Both the position numbers and the translations under genes were made by a program. The notes beneath the pieces were generated by a model that was given only the letters and a program-made list of their open reading frames with translations, had not been told where the DNA came from and ran no database searches. A stretch of 63,998 bases of DNA, the filler included, from Octopus bimaculoides (taxonomy: Eukaryota): assembly GCF_001194135.2 (NCBI RefSeq). It is 3 parts of 3 records of this genome, joined end to end, with 100 filler letters (N's around TTAATTAATTAA, not from the genome) between each part and the next. Parts side by side here need not be neighbours in the genome. Positions count along the whole stretch, not along the records: positions 28,973 to 59,832 come from NC_069002.1; 2 more parts are not named here. One strand, 5' to 3'. Below are positions 28,973-41,470 of this stretch, piece after piece. Position 1 is the stretch's first letter. Each line of letters starts with the position of its first letter.

Positions 28973-29224
28973 CAAAAGATGATGGGGGACAAATACAGAC
29001 ACACAAATATATATATACATACATATGTATATGGGAGAATTTACGAAAAAAACAACAGACGAGGACAGGTGGTGTAAACAACAAAAGGATGTATTAGTTT
29101 AACGCTCGGGAATAGAGAAAATCTTAAACGTTTCGAGCTACGCTCTTCAACAGAAAGAATAAAGAGAAAACAAGGAGAAAAACACAGAGAAAAAAAATTG
29201 AATGTTGTGGTCAGTGAACTATCA

Positions 29225-29720
29225 GAGTGAAAGGTAGACTGTATGATGTCTGTGTGCAAACTGCCATGCTACACTGCAGTGAAACATGGGCTGTGACTGC
29301 TGAGGACATGTGTAGGCTTGAAAGAAATGATGCTAGTATGCTCCACTGGATGTGCAATGTCTGTGTGCATGTATGACAGAGTGTAAGCATCCTGAGAGAA
29401 AAGTTGGACATAAGAAGCATCAGATGTGGTGTGCAAGGGAGATAACTGATATGGCCATGTGATGTGTATGGATGAGGACAGCTATGTGAAGAAGTAGAAG
29501 AGTCACACCCTAACAGTGCAGGGAATGTGTGGAAGAGGTAGACCCAGGAAGACTTAGGATGAGGTGGTGAAGCATGACCTTCAAACGTTGGGCCACACAG
29601 AGGCAATGACAATCGACCAAGACTTTTGGAGATATGCCGTGCTTGAAAAGACCTGGCAAGCCAAGTGAGATGATAGTCATTGCCAATGCCAGTGTCACCT
29701 GACTGGCACTCGTGCCGGTG
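29225..29720 (+). mobile_element. RTE-clade LINE 3' fragment, degenerate
   Basis: KGRLYDVCVQTAMLHCSETWAVTAEDMCRLERNDASMLHWMCNV; similar to 45581-45900. Confidence 0.8.
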
Positions 29721-29814
29721 GTACGTAAAATGCACCATTCGAGAAGATACTTGCCTAAGGTGTCATGCAGTGGAACTGAAATTGGAACCATGTGGTTAGG
29801 AAGAAAGCTTCTTA

Positions 29815-30042
29815 TTTCTTTATTGCCCACAAGGAGCTAAACATAGAGGAGACAAACAAAGACAGACAAAGGGATTAAGTCGATTAGAACGACCCCAGTG
29901 CGTAACTGGTACTTAATTTATCGACCCCGAAAGGATGAAAGGCAAAGTCGACCTTGGCGGAATTTGAACTCAGAACGTAGTGGCAGACGAAATACTGCTA
30001 AGCATTTCGCCCGCCGTGCTAACGTTTCTGCCAGCTCACCGC
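29815..30042 (-). mobile_element. Same SINE family, inserted into a CORE-like SINE
   Basis: Near-identical to 15774-16004 in reverse; 7-bp TSD CTTCTTA at 29808-14 and 30043-49. Confidence 0.85.
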
Positions 30043-30062
30043 CTTCTTACCACACAGCCACG

Positions 30063-30125
<63 letters not shown>

Positions 30126-30311
30126 TTCAGAATGACCTGTTAAAAATCACTAGATTTTATAGGTTTGTATTTGAATACATTAAATGTACATTTAATAAAG
30201 GACTCGATAATGGCTGTAGAGTCAAATATTTATTAAATATCCAGATAACAGATGATGAATGAACAAGATGTATTCTATGTATAGTTTAGAAGAGGTAGTT
30301 GAATAACTTAC

Positions 30312-30380
30312 TCTGTATGCTGTTAAAATATCCAGAAATATTGCCAGATGTTCCACAACCATTTCCTCCTCATCAGCAGC
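30312..30380 (-). CDS. SNX8: SNX8 exon (BAR region); last SNX8 exon found
   Basis: ttttag acceptor, gtaagt donor, 69 nt, phase 0-0. AADEEEMVVEHLAIFLDILTAYR resembles vertebrate SNX8 ...EENDVVEKLNLFLDLLQSYK as I recall it. Confidence 0.9.
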
Positions 30381-30475
30381 CTAAAATGCAAAGACAATAT
30401 ACACAGTTTATACATACAGACACACACACACACACACACTCATAATACACTTTTGTGTATTATGGTTGTCTAGCC

Positions 30476-30752
30476 CAGGGGTTTTCAAACTTTTTGACTT
30501 GCGGACCCCTTTATATTTCAGGCTTTACCTTAGATACTCCCTTATAAACGCTTATGAAATTTATACATAAATATTTGCTTAAAATAACATATATTTTTAC
30601 ATTTATTTATTTAACAGTATTTAACAAATAGGTTTATAGTCAATTAAAAAATTTTGATTAAAAAACATATAAAATCAAATTGCCCATAAAAAGTATTTGC
30701 GGTCCACAGACTCCCTGTCTTGTCCTTGCGGACCACAGTTTGAAAACCCCTG
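30476..30752. mobile_element. hAT-type (Charlie-like) MITE, young
   Basis: Perfect 16-bp TIR CAGGGGTTTTCAAACT and perfect 8-bp TSD GTCTAGCC at 30468-75 and 30753-60. Confidence 0.92.
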
Positions 30753-32203
30753 GTCTAGCCCACCCCACATGTCAACTTTATGTAAATCTATGATCCTGTG
30801 ATCGAAGACATGTGTGACCATTCTGTCTATATTTTTTAGACAATGTATCTAAGACTACATTATTGAATGTGTTTTTTATTTAAGAAGATAAAGTGATATG
30901 AGATTTGACAGCTATTTCTAGCAGGTTAAGTAACCACATAGATGCATCCTTATTGATTTGTTATTGCTGCTGTTTAGCCCCCCCCACCCAAACGTCAGTT
31001 ATCATTCTATCTTTTATCGATTAAGGCTACAAGTGCTAACAGTGTGCCAAAGGGGTGTCTAGGATTTAAAAAAATGTAACTGAAAGATTTTGAAAATCTA
31101 TGCAAATGTTGAAGTGTCTTGAACAATTTGTTAGCCACAATTTTGTTATACGAAAGTTTTGTTAATAAAGTGAGAAGCAATTGTTTTCTATATTTTCTCT
31201 AAATCTTTAACTTTAAACAATGTTTCGTTTTTAACTTCCCATGTGAAGTACACCAGTAATGATAGCAATCCACCTGGGACTGTCCTTCAGTTCTGATACA
31301 AGCTTCCTGTTTTAAAATGATCCAGATTAAAACCTTTCATCGAGATTTCATGTTGTTTAAAACACCAGATTAATTAATTACAAAGTTATTTTATACTCTT
31401 TTACTTGTTTCAGTCATGTGACAGCGGCCATGCTGGAGCACTGTCTTCAGTCGAGAAAATCAACCCCAGGACTTATTCTTTGGATGCCTAGTACTTATTC
31501 TATCAGTCTCTTTTGCCGAACCACTAAGTTACGGGGACGTACACACACCACCATCGGTTGCCAAGCGATGTTGGGAGGACAAACACAGACACACAAACAT
31601 ATACACACACACATATATATATATATATATGTATATATNNNNNNNNNNNNNNNNNNNNNNNNNNNNNNNNNNNNNNNNNNNNNNNNNNNNNNNNNNNNNN
31701 NNNNNNNNNNNNNNNNNNNNNNNNNNNNNNNNNNNNNNNNNNNNNNNNNNNNNNNNNNNNNNNNNNNNNNNNNNNNNNNNNNNNNNNNNNNNNNNNNNNN
31801 NNNATATATACGACAGGCTTCTTTCAGTTTCTGTCTACCAAATCCACTCACAAAGCTTTGGTCGGCCCGAGGCTATAGTGGAAGACACTTGCCCAAGATG
31901 CCACGCAGTGGGAATGAACCCGCAACCATGTGGTTGGTAAGCAAGCTACTTACCACACAGTCACTCCTGCGCCTATGTTAATTATTTTCAAAATTAACTG
32001 AAACAAAAGCAGTGTATTTCAACAGAAATGAGGAAAGGTTTAGTCTTCAGTTTGCTGCAAAGTCAGAAGGACTGGAATCACTGTAGCACAATGTGATTTG
32101 AAGGTGATGTAGGTGCTATTTTAGCAGGTTAAGCAACTACATAAATGCTCCCCTCATTAACTAATCATAGCTATAGGTGTCATTGATGTTGGTTGGTGCT
32201 TAC

Positions 32204-32336
32204 CTCTTGAGTACTTTTGTCAGCAACAGCAGCAAATTCAAGGGAAAGATTCTTAAAGACACATTTCAGTTTTGGCCATGATGAACTTGTACCTGTGGTC
32301 CATGTTGTTAGACAGGTTGTGTCTGTACCAATTGTC
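32204..32336 (-). CDS. SNX8: SNX8 exon (BAR region)
   Basis: ttccag acceptor, gtaagc donor, 133 nt, phase 2-0. Encodes (R)TIGTDTTCLTTWTTGTSSSWPKLKCVFKNLSLEFAAVADKSTQE. Confidence 0.92.
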
Positions 32337-32479
32337 CTGGAATGGAAATGATCATAAAATAGACGAATAAGAAACATTTGTGGAGTAGGAAGATACAAGA
32401 GAAAGCAGTGTTCATATATGGAAGATGTTCAGGAGCCATAAAAACTAGACACTTGGATAATGTCCCAGGGTTCATTAGA

Positions 32480-33050
32480 TACAGTGAATAATTTCTGCTA
32501 CCCAGGGGACTAAATTAGTAGTGAGGGAGGATGCACAGAGAGTATAATAGCTAGAATAAGAATAGGATGGAGGGAATTCAGAGAGCTTTTACCTCTGTTG
32601 GCAACCAAAGGTTTCTCTCTCCCAGTGAAAGGAAGGTTGTATGATGCATATATACAAACTGCAATTCTACATGGTAGTGAGATGTGGGCTCTGAATGTAG
32701 AGGACACATGAAGGCTGTAGAGGAATGAGGCTAGTATGCTCTGTTGGATGTGTAATGTAAGTGTACATGTTTGACAGAGTATTAGTGTATTGAGAGAGAA
32801 GTTAGGCATAAAAGGAATTAGATGCAGCATGTAAGAGAGAACACTGTGCTGGTTTGGTCATGTGATGTGGATGGATGCTGACAGCTCTATAAAGAAGTAC
32901 CAGTCACTCAAAGTAGATGAAGCACATGGAAGAGAGACATGGGATGAAGTACAGAAGGACACCTGAGTATGCTGTACCTTTCAGATGAGAAGACAAAGAC
33001 CTGTACTCTGCAGTAGAAGTGTTAAAGCTGGTTCATATAAGATCAAGAGA
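32480..33050 (+). mobile_element. RTE-clade LINE 3' fragment, degenerate
   Basis: Nucleotide similarity to 29225-29720 (GAAAGGAAGGTTGTATGATGCA...GCTAGTATGCTC..GGATGTGTAATG). Lies in the short intron between two SNX8 exons. Confidence 0.7.
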
Positions 33051-33113
33051 TGGTCCCAGTTAAGTTGACAATGAAAGGAAAAAAGGGTTAGTTTTCATTA
33101 AGATGTTACTCAC

Positions 33114-33274
33114 CTTAATTCTTTCCCAAACTGGAGCATATCACTAGCGTAAGCTGTAGACTGGCTAACGAGTCGTTCAGAAATATCTTTTAACTTTGTT
33201 ACACTGTTATATAAAGCTTTTATGTGTTCTTTACTGTTTGCTAACTGACTTTGGGTGTCCCTGGGAACCAGATC
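33114..33274 (-). CDS. SNX8: SNX8 exon (start of BAR region)
   Basis: ttttcag acceptor, gtgagt donor, 161 nt, phase 0-2. Encodes DLVPRDTQSQLANSKEHIKALYNSVTKLKDISERLVSQSTAYASDMLQFGKEL. Confidence 0.93.
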
Positions 33275-33349
33275 CTGAAAAGAGAAGCATTTCATTGTTA
33301 TAAGTTATGACAAGAAAATTTGAAATTTATCAAAATCAAGTTAAATTCG

Positions 33350-33808
33350 ACGTCTGGCATCCATGCCAACGTCGTCTCCCTCATTGGACACAAAACTCAG
33401 CTTGCGAAGACTTATTGGGGCAAGCGATAGCAAAATTGTGATGGCACCTGTGCCCAGCGTCGCCTTTCTGGCACTTGTACCTGCAGCATATGTAAGGACT
33501 TTCAAGTGAGATCGTTGCCAGTGCCCCTGGACTGGCTCTTGTGCGGGTGGCACATAAAATACACCATTTTGAGCGTGGCTGTTGCCAGTACCGCCTGACT
33601 GGCCTTCGTGCCGGTGGCATGTAAAAAGCACCCACTACACTCTTTGAGTGGTTGGCGTTAGGAAGGGCATCCATCTGTAGAAACTCTGCCAAATCAGATT
33701 GGAGCCTGGCGTAGCCATCTGGTTTCCCTAGTCCTCAGTCAAATCGTCCAACCCATGCTAGCATGGAAAGCGGACGTTAAACGACGATGATGATGATGAT
33801 GATGATGA
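33350..33808 (+). mobile_element. RTE-tail repeat family copy
   Basis: Same sequence family, with (GAT)n tail at 33786-33808. Confidence 0.85.
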
Positions 33809-34337
33809 AACACACACGAAGAACAATATCTTCTTTTCTTTCTATTGGCTTGATCTGAAGGAAGTAGTTGTGTGCTTTCTGTCACTGCTGACATTGATGC
33901 AGTTAATAAACTGCACATGGATAAAATACTTGCACTTGCTAGAAATTCCAAGCTTCACAATTTCTGAGAGTAACTTCTTAATGGCAACCATACATCTACA
34001 CAATGGCCTAGACTGCATCCTAAAGACTAAGCTGTTTATTTAAGATCTACACTGGATATAAATGAGTCCTACATTAAACTACTGCTCATCTATCTGAAGT
34101 GCTGCTATTACTTCAACTACCTACATATTCTAGATGATATCTAAAATAAGGTCAACTGACTAATTGGTTAAGACTCCCTCACACCCCACTACAACAGCAT
34201 TCTCTGTCACTCCTACTGTGTCCCCTGCAACTTTTTGTTTCAAGGCCCTGTCCCTTCAATCAAAATTCATAATCTATGCACCTTTTATTCACAGCTATAT
34301 TTTGTTTTAATCTATCTGAAGTTCAATATTTCACGTT

Positions 34338-34690
34338 ATCATCATCATCGTTCATCATCATCGTTTAACGTCCGCCTTCCATGCTAGCATGGGTTGGACG
34401 ATTTGACTGAGGACTGGTGAAACCGGATGGCAACACCAGGCTCCAATCTAATTTGGCAGAGTTTCTACAGCTGGATGCTCTTCCTAATGCCAACCACTCA
34501 GAGAGTGTAGTGGGTGCTTTTACGTGTCACCCACACGAAAACGGCCACGCTCGAAATGGTGTCTTTTATGTGCCACCCGCACAAGAGCCAGTCCAGGGGC
34601 ACTGGCAACGATCTCGCTCGAAGGATTTCGTGTGTTGACCGCACATGAGCCAGTCCAGGGGCACCGGCAACGATCCTGCTCGAAAAACCT
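34338..34690 (-). mobile_element. RTE-tail repeat family copy
   Basis: Reverse-complement copy with CATCAT tail at its left end. Confidence 0.85.
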
Positions 34691-37600
34691 CCTAAAGAAC
34701 ATCTTTAAAAGTACAAGTTAAATTTATTTAGGACTGGAACTATCGTATTATTTCATGTTTAGGAAGGCCAACATTTAATAGGGTTGAATATTTATTCGAT
34801 GGACTCACAAATATCAGAAGACAAGCATTTCAAAATAACAACTGTGAACTCCATTCTGTTCAGAAATAGCAGGTGGGTCACATAAAAAATGTGAACATCT
34901 GTAAATTGTGTGATGGTGCCATGAGAAATGCTTCTATATTGTGGCAGTTGCATAATATAGAAAGAAGTGTAAAACTGATAACTATATAATCCAACCAAAA
35001 TATTTCAGTTATGCAAATGTAAACAGAATTACTATTTAGCCTCAAAATACATTGTACATATTCAAAGAACCTTCTTGGTTTAACGGTATGGAACATTCTT
35101 CCAGTATTCTTTTACTTGATTTAGTCATTTTATGGTGACCATGCTGGAGCACTGACCTTTAGTCAAAGAAATCGCCCCCTGGACTTATTCCCTGTAAGCT
35201 GGGTGCTTATTTTATCAGTCTCTTCTGCTGAACAGCTAAGTTATGGGGACGCAAACACACACACATAAATATATACATATGACGGGCTTCTTTCAGTTTC
35301 CGTCTACCAAATTCACTCATGAGGCTTTGGTCAGCCCGCGGGTATAGTAGAAGACACTCTTTAAAGTATAGAGTTGAATTTCGTGTAGCCACCTGTTGAC
35401 AACTTTTCTCCCCCACTCATTTTGTAGGAGGTATTACCCATTTTTCTGGGCTCTTTTCACAGCTATGCCCCATTTGAAATTTGCATTAGTTTTTGTATGA
35501 AAGAATAAAAAAAGGGAGTAAGGCTTGTTTGTTGTTTGCAGAGAAAACATCAAACGTGCCTGAGAAAAAAACATGGTCTTTCCTTGCAATTAAAAGACAT
35601 GATGAACTATGAAAGAAAGTGATTAAGTACCAGGGGTTGGGAAAGAAGAGAGAACTAACACTCGATTGTTCTAGAACTCCCAGAATGAAAACGAAAACAC
35701 CTGAAAGACTTAGCCTCTATTCATTACTGTCTTTCTCTCTTCTTCATTATTAAAAGAAACTAGAAAAGTCGATCGTATCTCAGTCTAATTGTCATTGTAA
35801 ATGACTGATGCTTTCCTTTCTCTGTCTCTATTGCTTCACTCCTTTTCTCTACGGTTAAGAGAGTGAAGGTGCATGGCTCAGTGGTTAGGGGTATTTGGCT
35901 CACAATCATAAAGTCATGAGTACGATTCCTGGCAGTGCGCTGTGTTCTTGAGCAAGGTACTCTACTTCACTTTGCTGCAGTCCACTCAGCTGGCAAAAAT
36001 GAGTTGTAGCTATAATTCAAAGAGGCCAGCCTTGTCACATTCTGCGTGAGAGTGAATCTCCCTGAGAACTATGTTATGATATGCATGTCTGTGGAGTATT
36101 CAGCCACTTGCACGTTAATTTTACGAGCAGACTGTTCCGTTGATCAGAAAACAGAAACCTCATTGTCGTAAGCGACAGAGTACCATTTTTTAAAAAAGAG
36201 TGAAAGAAGAGGAAATGTTTCATATCATAAGGCAAAAATGTCATGTGTTTAGTATAAGCAGTGAAAGCTAAGATGAAATAATTGCTATTCTGTTATGCAT
36301 TCACTCTCAACTCATGCTCAGTTTGATAACAACAACCTGCACATCAGTGTTTATCTGGTGGGGTTGGCCTCCAGATCTGTGAGACCCACAAATGCTGCTG
36401 TTAGGACCAGATTAATACCCATAGTGACCCTAACGACTGAAAAGATTTTCCTGCCCCTATATAGGATCTTTTTTCATTTTCTTCCAACAACTTGAAAATT
36501 TATCTTCCTTCAGTCCATTCAGCTGGCCAAAATGAGTTGTAGCTGTAATTGAAAGGGGCCATCCTTGTCATATACTATGTGAGGCTGAATCTCCTTGAGA
36601 ACTATGCTAATAGTATGCATATCTGTGGAGTACTCAGCCACTTGTGAGTTAATTTTACCCACGTGTGGTAATGAAAAATGAAAGTGACATCCAATATTTG
36701 CTGTAGCTATTTGTCTTTAACAATGCGTCAATGTAACTATGTATCAATTTTTCTTTCGATCTATGTATCTACTGTCTCTCTCACTTTCTCTTTCTCTGGG
36801 TCCTTCCTCTCTCTCACTTGTAATTTAACAATGTGTGGATGTATCTAGGTATCAACTTTTCTTTCGATCCATCTATCTACTATTCTTGTGATGTGATAAA
36901 CATTTAAAAACAAAACGAACACCGTCACCACTCACTGTCTCACTCTCTCTCTCTCTCTGTCCTCTTCTCTCTCTCACTTCACCACTCACTTCTTCCTTTG
37001 AAGGAAGTGTGACACACACCACAGGTACGTACAAAAAGAAAACTAGCTGGACCCGTGAAAAATTCACAGAAAGTATAAAAAATGTAAGCATCTGTAAATT
37101 GTGTACTGGTGCAATGAGAAATGTTTCTATATTGTGATAGTTAAAGGCAGCGTGAGATGCTTAGCGGTATTTCGTCTGTCTTACATTCTGAGTTCAAATT
37201 CTGCCGAGGTTGACTTTGCCTTTCATCCTTTTGGGGTCGATAAATTAAGTACCAGTTGCATATTGGGTTCGATCTAATCGACTGACCCTGCTTCCCTAAA
37301 AAATTTCAGAAATTGTGCCTATAGTAGAAAAGTATATTGCAACAGAATATAGAAAGAAGTGTAAAACCGATAACTATATAATCCAACCAAAATATCTCAG
37401 TTCCACAAACATGAACAGAATTACTATTTAGCATTAAAATACATCGTACATATTCAGAGAACCCTCTTGGTTTAGTGGTACGGAATGTTTTTCTTGGATT
37501 CTTTTACTCTTTTACTTGTTTCAGTCATTTGATGGTGGCCATGCTGGAGTCCCACCCTTTAGTCGAAGAAATTGACCCCTGGACTTATTCCCTGTAAACC

Positions 37601-39239
37601 TGGTCCTTATCCTATAAGTCTCCCCTGCTGAACAGCTAAGTTACAGGGACACAAACACACCAGCATCGGTTGTCAAGCAATGGTGGTGGTGGTGGGGGGG
37701 ACAAACACAGACACACACACACACACACACACACANNNNNNNNNNNNNNNNNNNNNNNNNNNNNNNNNNNNNNNNNNNNNNNNNNNNNNNNNNNNNNNNN
37801 NNNNNNNNNNNNNNNNNNNNNNNNNNNNNNNNNNNNNNNNNNNNNNNNNNNNNNNNNNNNNNNNNNNNNNNNNNNNNNNNNNNNNNNNNNNNNNNNNNNN
37901 NNNNNNNNNNNNNNNNNNNNNNNNNNNNNNNNNNNNNNNNNNNNNNNNNNNNNNNNNNNNNNNNNNNNNNNNNNNNNNNNNNNNNNNNNNNNNNNNNNNN
38001 NNNNNNNNNNNNNNNNNNNNNNNNNNNNNNNNNNNNNNNNNNNNNNNNNNNNNNNNNNNNNNNNNNNNNNNNNNNNNNNNNNNNNNNNNNNNNNNNNNNN
38101 NNNNNNNNNNNNNNNNNNNNNNNNNNNNNNNNNNNNNNNNNNNNNNNNNNNNNNNNNNNNNNNNNNNNNNNNNNNNNNNNNNNNNNNNNNNNNNNNNNNN
38201 NNNNNNNNNNNNNNNNNNNNNNNNNNNNNNNNNNNNNNNNNNNNNNNNNNNNNNNNNNNNNNNNNNNNNNNNNNNNNNNNNNNNNNNNNNNNNNNNNNNN
38301 NNNNNNNNNNNNNNNNNNNNNNNNNNNNNNNNNNNNNNNNNNNNNNNNNNNNNNNNNNNNNNNNNNNNNNNNNNNNNNNNNNNNNNNNNNNNNNNNNNNN
38401 NNNNNNNNNNNNNNNNNNNNNNNNNNNNNNNNNNNNNNNNNNNNNNNNNNNNNNNNNNNNNNNNNNNNNNNNNNNNNNNNNNNNNNNNNNNNTTATACAC
38501 ATCAATAAATGAGCCAATTGAACAACTCTGTGTGGTTGTTCAATTTGCTAGAAATAACAGCCAAATCTCTCTCATACTATGCCATTGTTAGTATTAAGGA
38601 AAGGGAAAAAATAGAATTAATATTTTTGATTTCCTTTGGCTCTATGTATTTAATTTTTCTTTTAAATGTTTTCGTCCATTACTTGATACAAGAAAAAAGA
38701 AATTGGAAAAATCCTGACCAAAACAGAGAAATTGTGACATAACAAAAAATACAGAAAGAGAAAGAAACGGTTGAATTTGAAAGCCAAAAGATGTCTTTTT
38801 AGCTGAGGTGTAATATTATAATTAAAACAAATTCAAAATTTAAATTTCAGAACATAAGCCTTACCATGTTATCTGGTGTATGACCGAATTCAAACGGGTA
38901 GAAGACCTAAAACAAATGCATGTGTGTGTGCGTTTGTAGTTGGGCCTTTAATAGCCAGGGGTCAATTTCAGTCTAATTGTAGAAAGGAAATCAAATACCT
39001 ATCAGCCACTCCCTCTCTCCTTTACCTAACACACATCAAATTTAAGTATCTTAATTTTCTCATTAAAATCATTGCTGCTTTGGTGGCCCAGTAGGCATGG
39101 GTGTTGAGAAGTAGTAATACAACACATAGGTAGTGGTTTCAAATCTCTTCCAGAAATTATAAGTGATCTAGTTAAGAATTTTTATTTAAGCAACAAAATT
39201 TTTTTTCATTAAGCATGACACATGCGTCAAGTACATACA

Positions 39240-41070
39240 AAAAACAAACTGGCATATTAATATTATTGAGAACTGTCTTAACAAATGCAGAAATCTCAGT
39301 TCTGGATGGATTGATTATAAAAAGGTCTTGAAATTGCTGGATATCTTCAAAATTTCTCCTGTAGTAATTTCAAACTTCCTGAAGTACAACATGTCAATGT
39401 GGGAGACAAATCTCCAATTATACTATTCTAATGGAGTACTGACCACAAAAAATACTAATATCAACTGCAGCATTTTCCAAGGTGACTCATTTTCACCTTT
39501 AATTTTCTGCATAGCCCTAATACCCCTTACAAGTGAACTTAACAAAACAGGGTATGGATATAAAATTGGTGATAAGAAAATAAGTCATCTATTTTATATG
39601 GATGACTTAAAACTCTATGGTAAAGACGATAATGAGCTTGAAGGATTACTATGTTCTGTGAAAGCATTCAGTGATGACATTGGGATGGAATCTAGTCTTG
39701 ATAAATGCGCCAAGGCCACTTTCCAGAAAGGGAAACTGAAGATCTCACATTCAGTCATAAAAGAACTTGAGGAGGAACAAACTTACAAGTACCTCAGAAT
39801 AAATGAGGGCTCTGGCATTCAGCATGCAAGCATGAAAGGGAAGATCAGGAAGGAGTATTACAGGGGAGTTCGAGCAGTCCTAAAATTCAAGTTAAATGCA
39901 CGTAACAAGGTGTTAGCTATGAATTCCTTAGCAGTTCCACTTGTTATTTACAGTTTCCATGTGTTGAAGTGGAATATGAGCAAAATAAGGAAGACTGATA
40001 GGAAAACCTGTAAGCTGCTGACTTGCAATAAGATGCACCACCCAAAGGCAGACGCAGATCGTCTCTACCTTCCCAGAGCTCAAAGAGGTCGAGGCTTGAT
40101 CCAATATAAAATCTTTTACAAAGCCACCAGAACTGGACTGACAAAATATCTTGAAACATCTAACCACTGGATGCTAAAGCTCCATTCTGTTATGAAGGAG
40201 AACAAAAAATTTTCAAGTGAGTTGATGCATAATACTCAGGTTGAACAGCATGAGGTAAGTATAGCAAATGTTGTTGGAAAAGAAGGTGAAATCAATAGCA
40301 AAGTAAAATGCGCTCGAACAATTGGATGATAGGTGGGAACAAAAACCTCTGCATGGCAAATATGTGGCCCGTAGCAAACAAGTTGATGTAGACCAGAAGC
40401 ACACCCATCAGTGGCTACAGAGCTCAGGGGTAAAGGCAGAGAGTCAAGGCTTTATCTTGGCTACCCCAGATCAGAGGTTACTGACCTAATGTGATGAAAA
40501 TGGTGTAGACCCAAAGTGCCAATACTGCAACTATAGGATAGAAACAGTTGACCACCTAATCTCTGGGTGTAAGGTTTTAGCACCTGTAGAGTACAAATCA
40601 AGACATGACGGCGTTGGCCAATGTCTACATTGGATAATGTGTCGGCATTATAAAATCAAAACTTCTGACAAATGGTACAAGCACCCCACTGAGGCTGTAA
40701 CTGAGGGAGAAAATGTAACTATTCTTTGGGACTTCCCAGTATGTACAGACCAGACCAGACCATAAAGGCAGATAAACCAGATATTGTTGTGAAAGACAAA
40801 AGCAATTAAGTCTATTTATTGACATGAGCATACCCTGTGACCATAATATCTCAGCAAAAGAATTTGATAAGCTCAGAAAATATAAGATTTGCTAATTGAA
40901 ATCGAAAAGATGTGGTATCGCAAGACCAATGATTGAAGGAGCACTTGGAAATGATCAAAAAAGGAATTGAAAATTATTTAAGAATGATCCCTAGCTTATC
41001 ATCCATGCAGGAAGTGCAAAATATCATCTTAACTCATACCTCACACGTATTGAGAAGAACATTGTTAGTG
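39240..41070 (+). mobile_element. 5'-truncated R4/Dong-like non-LTR retrotransposon (RT, CCHC knuckle, restriction-like endonuclease), disrupted
   Basis: ORF 39328-40329 has IFQGDSFSPL and SHLFYMDDLKLY. Downstream frames give CQYCNYRIETVDHLISGC and KPDIVVKDK, with stops and frameshifts. Confidence 0.85.
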
Positions 41071-41389
41071 AATTTTCTTTCCTCCCCACTTTATTTTATT
41101 TGTTTACTTCTCAATTTTTTTTTTCTCTCCGTCTTCCCCCTTTTCTCTATCACATGACTCTGTAAATGGTCATTTTATTAACCTTGGAAGGATGAAAGGT
41201 AAAGTTGACAATGGCAGAATTTGAACTCAGAAAGTAAAACTGGAAGAAATTCTACTGAATAGTTTGTCAGTGTACTCATGATTCAGCCAGCTAGCAACAA
41301 TAACAATTACAACCTTTCACAAAACAGGTAATTAAATAAGGGTCCCTGAACAAAACATTAAAGCATGATGTTTTACACTAGATACCTAC

Positions 41390-41470
41390 CTTGGCTCTGT
41401 CAGCCAAATTACTGGTCATGAATTCATCAGGAATCCCACGAAACTGTTCCCGGAGTTTTGTCTGAACATC
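41390..41470 (-). CDS. SNX8: SNX8 exon (PX-BAR linker)
   Basis: ttacag acceptor, gtaggt donor, 81 nt, phase 0-0. Encodes DVQTKLREQFRGIPDEFMTSNLADRAK. Confidence 0.92.

Noticed and set aside
37636-38591. Long ORFs of 275-303 aa (also those over 27.6-27.9 and 31.4-31.9 kb)
   Set aside because: They are open only because they run through N gaps.
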